From: the human T2T-CHM13v2.0 reference genome, Homo sapiens
Assembly (NCBI RefSeq): GCF_009914755.1
Contig: NC_060929.1
DNA length: 64,000 nt
Direction: 5' to 3' (one strand)
In this document: piece by piece, positions 1-11,951 of the stretch
How positions within the stretch are numbered: the first letter of the stretch is position 1
Layout of the letters: every line of letters starts with the position of its first letter
Position numbers and translations under genes: made by a program
The notes under the pieces: model-generated
What the model saw: the letters and a program-made list of their open reading frames with translations, nothing else
Told to the model about the DNA's origin: nothing
Databases searched by the model: none

Positions 1-599
1 ATTACTTATCCTTTTACTAATATTATAGTCTATGTGAAAGTTACTTAGGAGAACTTCCAGTAAGAAAGAACAGTTCAAGATGGTTCGAACTGGCTTCAGG
101 CACAGTTTGTGTCTCCAGCCCCTGTTGTACTAAGTATGCCTGCATTTAAATAATCGATAAAGGATGATAGCACAGTAATTGCAAAGCCAAGACACAAAAC
201 CTGAGTTAATTTAATTCTGTCATTCTGCACAACCACTTGGAATTTTAATTTGTGTTTAAAGTTTAGGAAATGCAAATTTTAGTTCATACACGAGATATTT
301 GACTGGATTTGAATAATATCTTGAAAATTAAAATTTATTCTGTTTAAATTATTGTTTTAAAGCTAATGAATGAATCATGAGAGTAATAATAATTAATGAT
401 TATTACATGATTCTCACTGAAAATAATTTTGTCCCATAGAGGAGGGTACTAAAAAATGATCAGTTTGGGGAGTCAGATATGTTATCTTGGCCACTGTCCA
501 TGGTGATGCAGATGACAGAAATTGTTCCAGTTTATTGAAACAGGAGAGCATTAATAATCAGGTATTAATTGGCCTATGAACATTTTGGAAGTGCTGAAC

Positions 600-952
600 A
601 AGCAGATTCTGGTTGGAGCTTTCAGAAACAATTCCAGTTCCCCAGATGATGCTCTGATATGATTGAGGGAAACTGCATCCCCCACTGTCCGTGGCAGAGC
701 CCACCATTCTGCCATGATCTGAGCTAGCAAAGTAAAGGCCTCGTGCTGTGCCTCCCATCCCACTGACCTGGCTCTCAGTTGAGGTCTCATGCAAGTGGCT
801 CTGATTGGTGGAACCCAATCCCATCAGGAACCCTACCTGCAAAGGAGGAAGAGAAAATTAGTTTTTCATTTTCTGGTGTCTACAGTATAGACTGGTTCCC
901 TGAGGAAGTTAGGAATGGAGGCTGAGCCAGCTGGCCTACAGCATCCTTCACA
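600..952 (-). mobile_element. Degraded MLT1-type (ERVL-MaLR) LTR
   Basis: tctgattggt...cctacctgcaaaggagg...aaattagttttt pattern typical of antisense old MLT1; boundaries approximate. Confidence 0.45.
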
Positions 953-1094
953 TCTACCCAACCGAGTTTCTACACTTGACCTTTTGGTCTCTAGATGGGG
1001 AAGAACCTCCCCTGTCTGGCAGCCAGGTTCTGCCTCATGCTGGCTTCTGGAGAGAATGACTGTCTCTGTAGTGAAGTGTGTCCAGCCCAGCTAT

Positions 1095-1408
<314 letters not shown>

Positions 1409-2532
1409 TCAGCTCAGCCATTCTTATGCTGCCTCTTACCATACCCCCACCTTCCCACACCCCATGGAACTTCTCTGCCTAGGCTCTCCAACTTGGAATC
1501 TTCTGCTGGTGCATTGTGAGTAATAGCTCCAAATCTTCTCTCCCTCAGCACACAACCATCTCTTGAGTAAAGGCTGCTTCAAAACTCCCACAGCTTTTCA
1601 TAATGCCACCCCTAAACTCTGCCCCCAACTAAAGTGCATGAATCTTTATCATTATTCTTTAATAGTAACTTTTTGGGGGATTCTTCTCAATACATATTTG
1701 CAGACTAAATATAACTCTTGTCCTCAGGATTTTTCACCATCATTCTCATAACATTAAAAAGATTCTAATTTGCATCTAAACTTGGGTCCCTAAATCTCAG
1801 CCCTCCTGTCCCTTGTAGGGACAGTGGGTGTTTGTGGTGATGTTGGGACTGAGGAGTAGGTTCCACAATGACTAGGCTAGAGGGTGACTCTTCAGAGAGA
1901 GGCAGGATGCAACCTTGGCAGGGAAGTGCCAGGTGAGGCCCAGGGAGGTTTGAGCCCTAAGTCTGTCCTGTGGCCCAGGACACAGGGCCCACATCAAAGA
2001 CTGAAGCTGCTTACAAGGTAGGAGGAAAGAACATGCAATGACCTGAAACTGAAGAGGCTGGATTTCTTTCTGTCAGAGGCTCTTAATAGCTGTGTGACCA
2101 TAGACCAGTCACTTCACCTCTCTAGGGAAGAAGGTTACTTCCAATGAAGATGGTTATTTACTTGTGAAGTAGTGGGACTAGGAAAATGGGTGGCACAGAA
2201 GGAAGGAGGAAGCAGGGTTTATGACGCTGGCATATCTCTCTCTGGACTGCCTCTGGAGGAAAGCCCTGAGACAGCACAGATTCCCCGCATGGAAGGCTAT
2301 GCCTTGCTCTACCCCACCCTGCCCTCCGCCACCAACAGGGCACTCAGAGGAAATACATCCAGAATCCTGAGCTCCAACATGGAGCAAAACCAAGGATGGA
2401 AGTGGGCCTGGCAATATCTGGGCTAGAAGTCATATTTCCTCATTTTCTTTTGAACATGGAACCCTTTTCCCGAAAGGCTTTGTTCTCTTCAAAGCACAGT
2501 TTCCCAGTGTCTGTCCTGCAGGGACACTTTCA

Positions 2533-2533
<1 letters not shown>

Positions 2534-2566
<33 letters not shown>
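2534..2566. repeat. (CA)n microsatellite
   Basis: About 16 CA units. Confidence 0.95.
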
Positions 2567-2568
<2 letters not shown>

Positions 2569-4049
2569 ATCTATAAAATTGATTTAATTTCTTCCTGGGT
2601 TCTCATTTACCAAAATAACAAACCAACTAGGAAGTCTCTCTAAAGGAGAACATGGTCAAGATCAGACTCTTCTCTAAAGATACAGCTAATTCCAGCCAGC
2701 ACATTAACATTCTAAAGTTAAAAGTGCATTGTGAAATGTAAATCGATGTGACATTGTCAAACAAAATGACCTGTGGGCTTGGGAGGTTGGTGCTTGTAGG
2801 AAGAGGCCGAAGTGTGCATCTTAATCTTGATTTCCTTTGGGAATATTTCCTCCACTGTGTTCCTGACTCTGATTATGTTCTTGTGCGATCAAAATAGCTC
2901 TAGTCTCCAGGGCTGGACAGTTCCTTTTTCTTTCTTTCTTTTCTATTCTTTCTCTCTCTCACACTCTTTTTTTCCCCACAGGACAAATTATTGTTGTTTT
3001 GATCAGTGACAACTGTTTGATTTTTTAGCTATTAGTATATACATGTGCACAAAATCCCATCCTATTAGGAAGAAAAGGATTGGATTTAAAGTCCTGCTTG
3101 TTGTATAGATTATTTAATGCACAGGGGCCTTAGAAAACCAAAGTTCAGCATTCAGGGGTTGACCTCAAAATGGCATGAACAATCCAATAGGCAAGCACCA
3201 GGTTTCTTCATTTATATCCATAATCACGGGATATGATGAAGCCTTTGGCCTTAGGAAAATTTCAGTTGGGATTTGTATTTAACAGCAAGCTTATCTTTGG
3301 CTTGGCTTTAAATGGATAGTAGGGACAGTGTAAGCCAGGTAGTAACAGAAGCTCTGAATTACAGTATAAGGTCTGTCTCTCCAAGCTCTTCTTCCCTGTC
3401 TATAACATCATTTGGAAACTTCTCTTCTGCACAGTGTCATAGCCATTTTTTGGATCTTGAACCACAGCCTAGTATTCAGGGTATCCGTCTGTCTCCATAT
3501 CTGGACTTCACTCAGACACTGCCTAAACTCTCTTTCAATTTCTTTAGCTATGTACTTCAGTGAACGGCAAACAAACAGATCATTTTCCTGATGGTGATAA
3601 GGTGGTAATAGACTTTACTTCATTGCCTGGTGCCCTTCAGATATGCTTCCTACAAAACTCCTCAGCAGAACAAATATAGTTACTGAATTTGGTTACTGGT
3701 ACACAATGAAATAACAGTGCAATAACATAGTTACATGGTTATAATATAGTTAAATCATGCAGCAAGTTGCACACAATAGAAAATGCAGTTAGGCAGAGAG
3801 AATGAAATTAAGGGTTAGAGGTAAAAGAGAGGATGTATCTTTAGATGTGATTTGAAATGAAAAGCAGACACCCCAGAAAGGACAAAGATGTCACCAGATG
3901 ATGCCTGAAGAAGCTGCTTCTCTTGTCAACTAAAGCAAGACTGGGTAAGGACAGTGGGAAGGGCATGTTCAATTGGCTGTATAGCTGATTTTGTATAGCC
4001 CTTCTTCCCCTCCACTGTGATCATACTGATTTAGTCCTTATTACCTTTT

Positions 4050-4600
4050 CTGGCCTTTACAATTGCTAAATAGCTGATCTTCCAGTTCTCTTCTGAGTTA
4101 TCCCACAAAGCACTGCCAAATCAATTGTCCTTTAACACCACTCTGATTATATCATCCTTCTCTCCCAAATCCTTCAAGGCTTCTCATTACTTACTGAAGT
4201 AGAGTAAGTAGCACTTTCTTAGCTTGGCATTCAAGGCTCTTTCTTCTAGCTGTACTTCTCAGAGTGAAGCAGCACATCAGCATCACCCGGGAACTAGTTT
4301 AAAGTTGCAGAATCCCAGGTCCCATCTTAGACCCATTGGATAGGAATCTGCATTTTATCAAGATCCCCAGGTGATTCATATGCACAGAAAGCTTGAGAAG
4401 TGCTCTAGCCAAACTAAAATACTTAACAAATATTTTCTTTCCTATTTCTGGTTTTTCCCTATGCTACTATATCCACTTTTACATCATCTTTGCCTATCTA
4501 CACATGGGACCCTTTTATGATCATCTCAAATGTTATCTCATCCACAGAACCTTTCCCCATTATCCCATGGACAAGGCAGACTGATCTTCAGAATGCCTAC
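4050..4600 (+). mobile_element. L2 fragment interrupted by a MER5-type hAT element (~4255-4408)
   Basis: L2 phrases (ccttcaaggcttctcattac, agcttggcattcaaggctct, tcaaatgttatctcatcc) flank a MER5-like core (catcagcatcacc...ggaatctgcattttatcaagatccccaggtgattc...ttgagaag). Confidence 0.65.
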
Positions 4601-7132
4601 TCTGCCCTTTATAAACTGAACTTCCCCCTGATGAAAGGGTAGTTTTATTATACCTCTTGACTTGGTCCTTTTGGCCATAGGGAGTTGGTCCATGTTGGAT
4701 AATCAACATTAGAGCAGTTCAGCTAGAGGCCACCCAGTAACCCAGAATGTGGTCACATGAAATGTGAGTAGTGACAATAAAATTTTCTCTCCATTTTAGA
4801 TTTAAATAAAGCAGCGATTACTAACACTAAACACCAGGAGACAGAGTCAAGGTCATGAGAGGTTATGTGCAAACTACAGTTATGAGGAAACAGAAACTTT
4901 GAGTAGCCAAGTTGGTAAAGACAGGAGGATGGAGCAAACATGTGGACATGGTAGACATGCCATGAGAGAAAGACAGAGGAGATGGAGAGAAAAATGGGTT
5001 CGCAGATCTGTCCAAGTTCATGATGACTTTTCTCTACCAGGTCATAGGTTCTTATAATAACATCTTCTAATCCCCATTACTTGAGAAAAATTACATAAAT
5101 GTCCATTACTGGCAGCCAAGATACCCTAGTTTAGATCCCCAGGTGGAGCTGGCTCCATCCCTGGCCTTCTCTTTGAGACTGTGGTCCTCATTCTTGTTGA
5201 CTGTTTCCCAGGCTTACATTATAACACCTGTGATGCTATAAACTCCAGCTACTAACAAATAGTAATAAGATTGTGTCCTCTCATTTTTTGAGCACTAGCA
5301 AGGTGCATGCTTAGAAATAATCATAGGATTGATTCAAATTGAATTCTAGGGAAGCAAAGCATTAAAGTAAAGGGAGGTGATAGGATTTATCATTAATAAG
5401 GCCAACTGAACTGTGGAGTGGTCAGCGTTTTTTTGAAATCTCTGGTGCATTGTACCAATCAAGCCAAAGAGCCACAATCTAGCGTGTATTTTTAATGCAA
5501 GCTGTTCGATGTCATAGCAGCAAAATTAATAATACCCATCTCTCAGAAACCTGATCTCAGCTGATGCTATTTTATCAGGAAAATAATTTCTTATAGTTAG
5601 TTGGATGTACCAAACACATGTTTCCAGCTGGTCAGCAATCTTCCTTCTTAACCTTTAATCTGCTCCAGGCTGTTCCTACAGATTACCAGACAAATGACGT
5701 TTTGAGAATTATGGGTCTCTGCAGGTTGAAGGAGGCAGCTTCATTGCTACTATTTGGAGGGTTGCCTCCCACTGAAGGTCAGTGTGGGTCTGTGCTTGTG
5801 TGGGCCTGGTGGTATATGCAGGGGAGCTATGTGCACTAAGGGAAATGGTTTTGTGTATGCATGCTTTTCTTTTAGTGTGGGTTATCAAGCTGAACCTTTG
5901 AAGTGTCATTTTACTTGTTCAGAAGGGAGGCAGAGAGGGGGCCCTAATTTTACAAGTACATGGGGATTTCTTTCCCCTCTCTTAAGTCTCTCTTGAAGAA
6001 CATCACCCTCCAAATCTGGAGATTTCATCTGCTTTTAAGCTGGAAGCTTCTTCTTTAATGGCTTTGTGACTCACAGAGCTCGGGTGATGGTTGCTTTTTC
6101 TGTGTGTAGAACTATAATCCTTCTCAATTATCAAAGACATAAATTACTATTATTTCCTTACCAGATCGAACATCTTGCTTAAATATGTGAAAGAAAAATT
6201 GTTGGTTGTCTGGTGAATTTTCCTCTTGGAAAAACTGCCTATTCTTAATCTACAAGTTCAATGAAAGTTCAAAAGTTTATCAGTGCAAACTCTATATTCT
6301 AATAATTCATCAACCAGCTTCTACATCCACATCAGTAGACTCCAGGTTGAGACGTTTTTGTCTTTTCTCCCATGTAAAAGTAATCAAACAGCACATTTCC
6401 CGGGCATATCACAAAAACCTATTGATCATAATCAGAGCACAGATGGTATGAGAGAGCTTGGCTGACACACAGGCCCTGATGTCAATCACAGGAACAAATT
6501 GATTTTGACTGCCCGGTCATGATTCTTCTACCACAGCAGAATTCCATTCAGTGTTGTGTTTGGAGAATTTTGAGCAGACAGCATTTCTGAAGGGGTGTCA
6601 TAGTCCAAAGTTATCATAGAGGTAAACTTGATTACTGAAAAAATGGTGATTTTAATGTACTTCGTACTTACCTTTACGACAAGAAGGTCAATGTCTTTCT
6701 CCTGTGTTGAAAGAGCTCTCATCAATTTAAAATTTATCCTGATTTATGTCTGCTAATTAGGGGAAAGGAAAATACTGATTTGCATTCTTCTATGACAGTA
6801 TGCAGTGCCATTACTACTTTTCTCCAACTGGATTTGTTTTCTTACTCATTTTTTAAAACTTAATTTCTTTTTCAAAGATGCCAAATCGATGTTTATTTCT
6901 AAATTTTACAAATTATTCTCTTTAAAATTTCAAAACAAATGAAACTTTCACCAAATTTGTAGCTCACTTGCACTCCATGGATCTAAATCCCTCATTTAAT
7001 TTTCTTCCTTTTCCTACACTTCTTATGTTAAGCAATACTTATTTTATAAGATTCTTAAAAAAAAAACCCTAATTATTTTCTGTCCAGAAGTACCCTGCTT
7101 TCCAGCCTCTTTACCTGGTGCATGTTATTTTT

Positions 7133-7225
7133 TCCTTCCTTCTTTCCTTCCTTCCTTCCTTCCTTCCTTCCTTCCTTCCTTCCTTCCTCCCTTCCTTCCT
7201 CCGTCCCTCCCTCCCTCCCTCCGTT
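7133..7225. repeat. (TTCC)n/(TCCC)n microsatellite
   Basis: Direct reading. Confidence 0.95.
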
Positions 7226-8599
7226 CCTAATCCTGGGGTTATCCCTGCTGCAGGGATCTCTGCCATCTCTACATGGGAGCTATGTGCAGGCAGGTGGCCT
7301 ATAAGTAAATCATGTTAAGTAAAACCTAATAATTTTCATTAAAATTATTAAAGCACTTACACTATCAGTCTTTCCCTTATGACCTGAGCATAGATATGTA
7401 TGCTGGAGAATAATGCAGAAAGAGAGGGCCAATACCCCCCAATACCACTGTAAAATCCTCTGTGAGAGCCAGATAAGAAGGCACCTTCTTTGATACCATC
7501 CATTACTGTCTATTACTTTACTGCTTCATACATCAAGGCTGCCAGGACAAGTTCAACAGGGAATTGGTCTGACTCCATCAGGGAAGGGGTTTGGAATTTG
7601 AATGAAGAATGGCTTGGAGACCAGCCTGCTCTGTCTTTATCCTAGCCCCAGCCCCACGCATGTTTTCCACCTGGTCCTTCTTTCTTGTCATTTAGCTATC
7701 CTACACCTTTTCTCTCAAATTGCTTCCTACCTATGCCCTCTCACTGATATGGAGAGGGGAGCTAGGCAATGATGCTTTCATATTACTTGTCTTTAAACAC
7801 CTAAGCCTGCTCTACAGCCATTGTTGATTGAACCAAAAGTGGACATTTCTCTCAAGGGGAACCAATCCATGGACTGGTCTAATCCAACTAGATGCCTCAT
7901 CTCCAGAATTCAAGTCAAGAGATACACAACCTGGAGTCAGATACTGTTGGGTGCTTGGAATCAAAGGCATATTGGTCCTGGAGGAATCAAAGATCACCCA
8001 GGCCTGGGTCAGCCATTTTTGGCCATGTGTACTCTGATGAGTCAGTCAATGGAGAAAGCTTGTCCATGAAGTCAAGAAAGAGATCAAAGCTGGCAAAGAG
8101 ATGAGAGACTTCAGGCTCCTGTCAGGAACAGAAGAGTAACCCTGGCTCTGGGTTTTGCAGTATCAGACTTGTCAGAATTCCTGTGGCCCAGATCCCCTAG
8201 CTCTTGTCCTGGAATGCTCTTACGCTTGCCTGCAGTGCTTTTGAATTGGTCCCTGCTTTTCTTAAACTGGCTGGAATGAGTTTCTATTCTTCACAACCAA
8301 ATATGCTTTGTCTAGAAAGTCTCCTGTTAGAGAGATTCAGATGGGGAATTTCAGTCTCCTTCATCGCCCTAGTTGAGTGTCTGGAAACTCTAGGAGATCA
8401 TGTGTTCTCTTCCATTCAGCTGAGTGCAGTTTCACAAGAGAGACTATGCTGGGAGAAGAAGGTATTATTCTTTAAGTGTTCAAATCTCTCAACTTCACCT
8501 TCAAGGTCCTTGGCACTCATCCTCCACCTCTCGCTCTGATGATTGTCCTGCTGTGGCTCTGACCACTCACTTAAACCATCTGCTTTATTAATTGTTCCC

Positions 8600-9132
8600 T
8601 CTGGTAGATAAAAGTTGGCAACACTTTTTCTTTTGTCTATTTTTCCCATTGAGAGATACAGTCTAATTCCCATTCCCTTGAACATAGGCTGGCCTTCAAG
8701 ACCTGCTTAAACATTCGAATGTGGTAGACATGATGTTTGGGTCTTCTAAGGCTAAATCACAAGAAACCTTGCAACTTCTGGCTGTGTCTCTGGGAACAAT
8801 CTCTTGGAAGCCTCTGCTGCCTTGTAAGAAATCCTACTACCCTGAAGTTGCCATATTGTGAGAAGCCCTAGACAAGGGGCAAATAATAGGGAGTGAGGAA
8901 GGGGGAGATAGGGAGAGAGAGAGAGAAAGAGACCACAGACTCCAAGCACCAAACGTATGAGTGAAGAAGCCATGTTGGAAATGGACCCTAGTGCCATGTA
9001 GAGCAGAGATAGGCCACCCAGCTGAGCCTTTCCTGAATGACTGCGACACAAAAATTGTGAGAACGATAAAATTTTTGTTTTAATCCACGTAGTTTTGAGG
9101 TAGTTTGTCACACACCAACAAAGAACCAGAAT
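8600..9132 (+). mobile_element. MLT1 (G/H-like) MaLR solo LTR
   Basis: cccttgaacataggctggcc...gccatattgtgagaagccc...ttgttttaatccacgtagttttgaggtagtttgtcac...ccagaata end. Confidence 0.8.
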
Positions 9133-10017
9133 ATTCCTAGTCATCTCAGAGGTATTTTGGCCTCCTTCCATTTCTGTATATTATTCTCTAGCCCAAGGAC
9201 ACCCTCTTCCTTCTTCTCACCTCTATATCTTTTGATGATCAGGACAAGAATCTCCCTTTCTGCGAGGCTTTTCTGATTTCTCCTCTCTTCTGCAGCATGT
9301 TTGGCCAAAGCTACTCTTGGAACCCTTAGCTTGGGCAATCTTGTGTGTCTCTTTGATATGTTTTAGACTGTTGTGTCCCAAATCCCCAAGGGCAGGGCCT
9401 ATTTCTTGCTCCTTCTTTTTTTTTTTTTTTTGAATCCCTCTACATTTTGGCAGAGCCCTGAATAGAAACAATTCAATCTGTGTTGAGACTCCTAAATACT
9501 GTTGTCTTGAGGCTAAATAGCCCTAATCTCTTTAATCCAAATTTATATTGGCACTAATCAAAGGCTTGTCTGTCCAATTACACATTTTCAATTAGGTATT
9601 TAGATTAAATTAGGTAAATTGAGGTAGCTTTTACTTTTTCTTCTCAGATTGCATATAGACTTTAAACATTTGGGGTGGTTGGGAAAAAAACCCCAAGGGG
9701 AACAGAAAGAAATTCCCATGTAATGGGATAAATAATGGGCAGAATCAAATGGCATGCTGTAGGTCTGTTTGCTTGTCAACACATGCCTGCATCATTTATG
9801 GGAGGTCAGGGTCAAACTCCACATTTATAGTTTTGTTCTAGCTCGGGTGAGTGTCTTTTAACTGCTTCACCTCTTTCTGAAACCTATTTTGTTTGGACTT
9901 CTCCCAGCCCAACACAATGAACTCTCCCATGTTCTCAGGACATTTTTTTTTTCATTTTCATTTTCATTTCCATGTACCCCTTGGCTTCTCTTTCATATGC
10001 AACATTCTTCTTTGCAG

Positions 10018-10205
10018 TGTTCAGAAAACTCATTAGCTTCCAACCTCCTCAATTAGGCAGAACAAACATGCATTACTCCAAATTGCCCCGCACTGCGATA
10101 GAGACAGAGTTCAAGCAGAATGTTGGCCCACCACCCAAGGATCTGACCGCTGAAGTTTACTTCCCTTCAATCAAATCGAGATCACATCTTCCTGCAGTTT
10201 TCTAT
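10018..10205 (+). CDS. C5orf64: Internal exon of C5orf64-like ORF (FRKLISFQPPQLGRTNMHYSKLPRTAIETEFKQNVGPPPKDLTAEVYFPSIKSRSHLPAVFY)
   Basis: Pyrimidine tract + tttgcag acceptor ending 10017; donor TAT|gtaagt at 10206; open frame (part of track ORF 9972..10289); phase-0 end joins exon at 26992 in frame. Gene name from recalled protein sequence (MLAPLFLCCLRNL-FRKLISFQ...); the upstream exon was not found in this window. Coding status uncertain. Confidence 0.82.
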
Positions 10206-11919
10206 GTAAGTAATGAAGCTCTTATCTTCAGTCCTCAAAGGATCACTGTTTCCTTTTCTGTATATATTTGTTTGTTTTACTCATGGTGAGTACTTACCTA
10301 TTATTGTATGTGTATCATTCATTTGTGGAATCATGTGCTGTCAGATTTTCCATTTTTCTTAATCTAACAATCACAAAATCAGCCACATATCTGATAGCAG
10401 AAGAACCACATTGAGATGCAGAGATCTTTTTAAATGGTGCGAAAGAGAAGGGACACATTTAAAATGCTCTCCTTCTTAAATGATTCTGTTTAAAAAAATG
10501 TGAAGTTGTTGCACTCCTCCCTAGAAATTACAACTGTATAAATTCTAACTTTTCCCAGTGCTCAGGCACACGAGAGACAGGGAACATTCACTACATTCTA
10601 TTCGTGTTCATAGGTCGTGACTAAGATAAATAGATTTTAGAGAAACATTTATGTGGGTGTGCTCCAAGTGGGAGGAATTTCATGTTCCAGTCTTCCTGCT
10701 GAACACCTAGAATATTAGAGGCTTTGTGAAGTTTGTGTTTGACTCCTTTTAAAGGAGGATATGACTGAGGTCATAGTGTGATAAATCTCTGACACGACTG
10801 TGTGGAGGAATATGGATCTGAGCAGAGAGAAGCAAAACAAGCTGAAGTGAAAAGTTCGAATGCATGAGGACATTCTTAAAAGCAAGAGGCAATTGAGGGG
10901 ATGAGTAGTAGCTTTTACAGAGGAGGTGGCTAAGAATCCACATTTCAAGCAGGAATGCCCTGAGCCTTCTTTTTCTCACCTGTTGTCAGTTATACCACCA
11001 CACAAGGACATACACAGAGAGCTGATTTATACTTAATATCCAATCTGCTGCAAACTGTTCACTCCTCTTCATCAGAATGCTCACTTATGACATAGTCTTC
11101 AGTTCCTTAGCAACAAACTGTCATGTCACCCTGGTGAAATTCTGGCCAGCTGAGAGGAAAAGGAAATGTTGAATGGTGATGGAGAAAATCTTTATTTTAA
11201 TCACAAATGTGTATGTATAAGAGCTGAAAAGACAATATGAAAAGGCAGGTCAAGGAAGCTACATTTGAACAAGTGTTTTTGATTAAGGTTTATGTGGGCA
11301 CAGAAGTCCCCTTTAAGTTCCTTTTTATTGAATAATTTCCCTTTGATCCTTGAGTAACTAAAAGAAAACCCAGCATTTGACATTAACCTGGGACTCAAGA
11401 GCCCCATGGTGGGATTCCTTTGCCTGCCTGCTCCAGCACAAAACAGCCCCACCCAGCATCGTGGGAGCACATTCATCTTTATTTCCCAACCGGGCTTTTC
11501 CTCTTCCCCTCTCTTCTGGGTGAGAATGGAGGACAGTCAGCTGAAGAAGTCATTCTATGTGTACTTTTCCTTTGCTTGCGATCAACTTCAAAAGAGGCTG
11601 GTCGGGAGACACCAATGACAATGTAAGAAGATGAAGATTGTCCCGGGAAGTATGGCCCCAGAAAAAGAGCAGAGATGACCAGACATGGGAGGTGTTGAGA
11701 ATTCTATCTTTTCTCCCTGTTTTAATTGTTAGGAATCATATAAAAATCATTTCTTTATTTTTGGCTTTGTGGATAAAACCAAATCACTGAAATGAGAGCA
11801 TAATTAAAAGGGAAAAATGCAGAATTCTTTTTTAAAAAAGATAGATGAAGATAGAGAAAGAAAACAAAAAAGAGAGAGAACCCAAGCAAACAAAGATTAT
11901 TTAAACACCTTGGAGCATG

Positions 11920-11951
<32 letters not shown>

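Noticed and set aside
2920-3010. Long pyrimidine tract ending tttccccacag (2981), like a splice acceptor
   Set aside because: No convincing donor or open frame downstream; may be simple low-complexity sequence.
9972-10289. Track ORF of 105 aa as a standalone gene
   Set aside because: Ends are intronic read-through; only 10018-10205 is bounded by splice sites.
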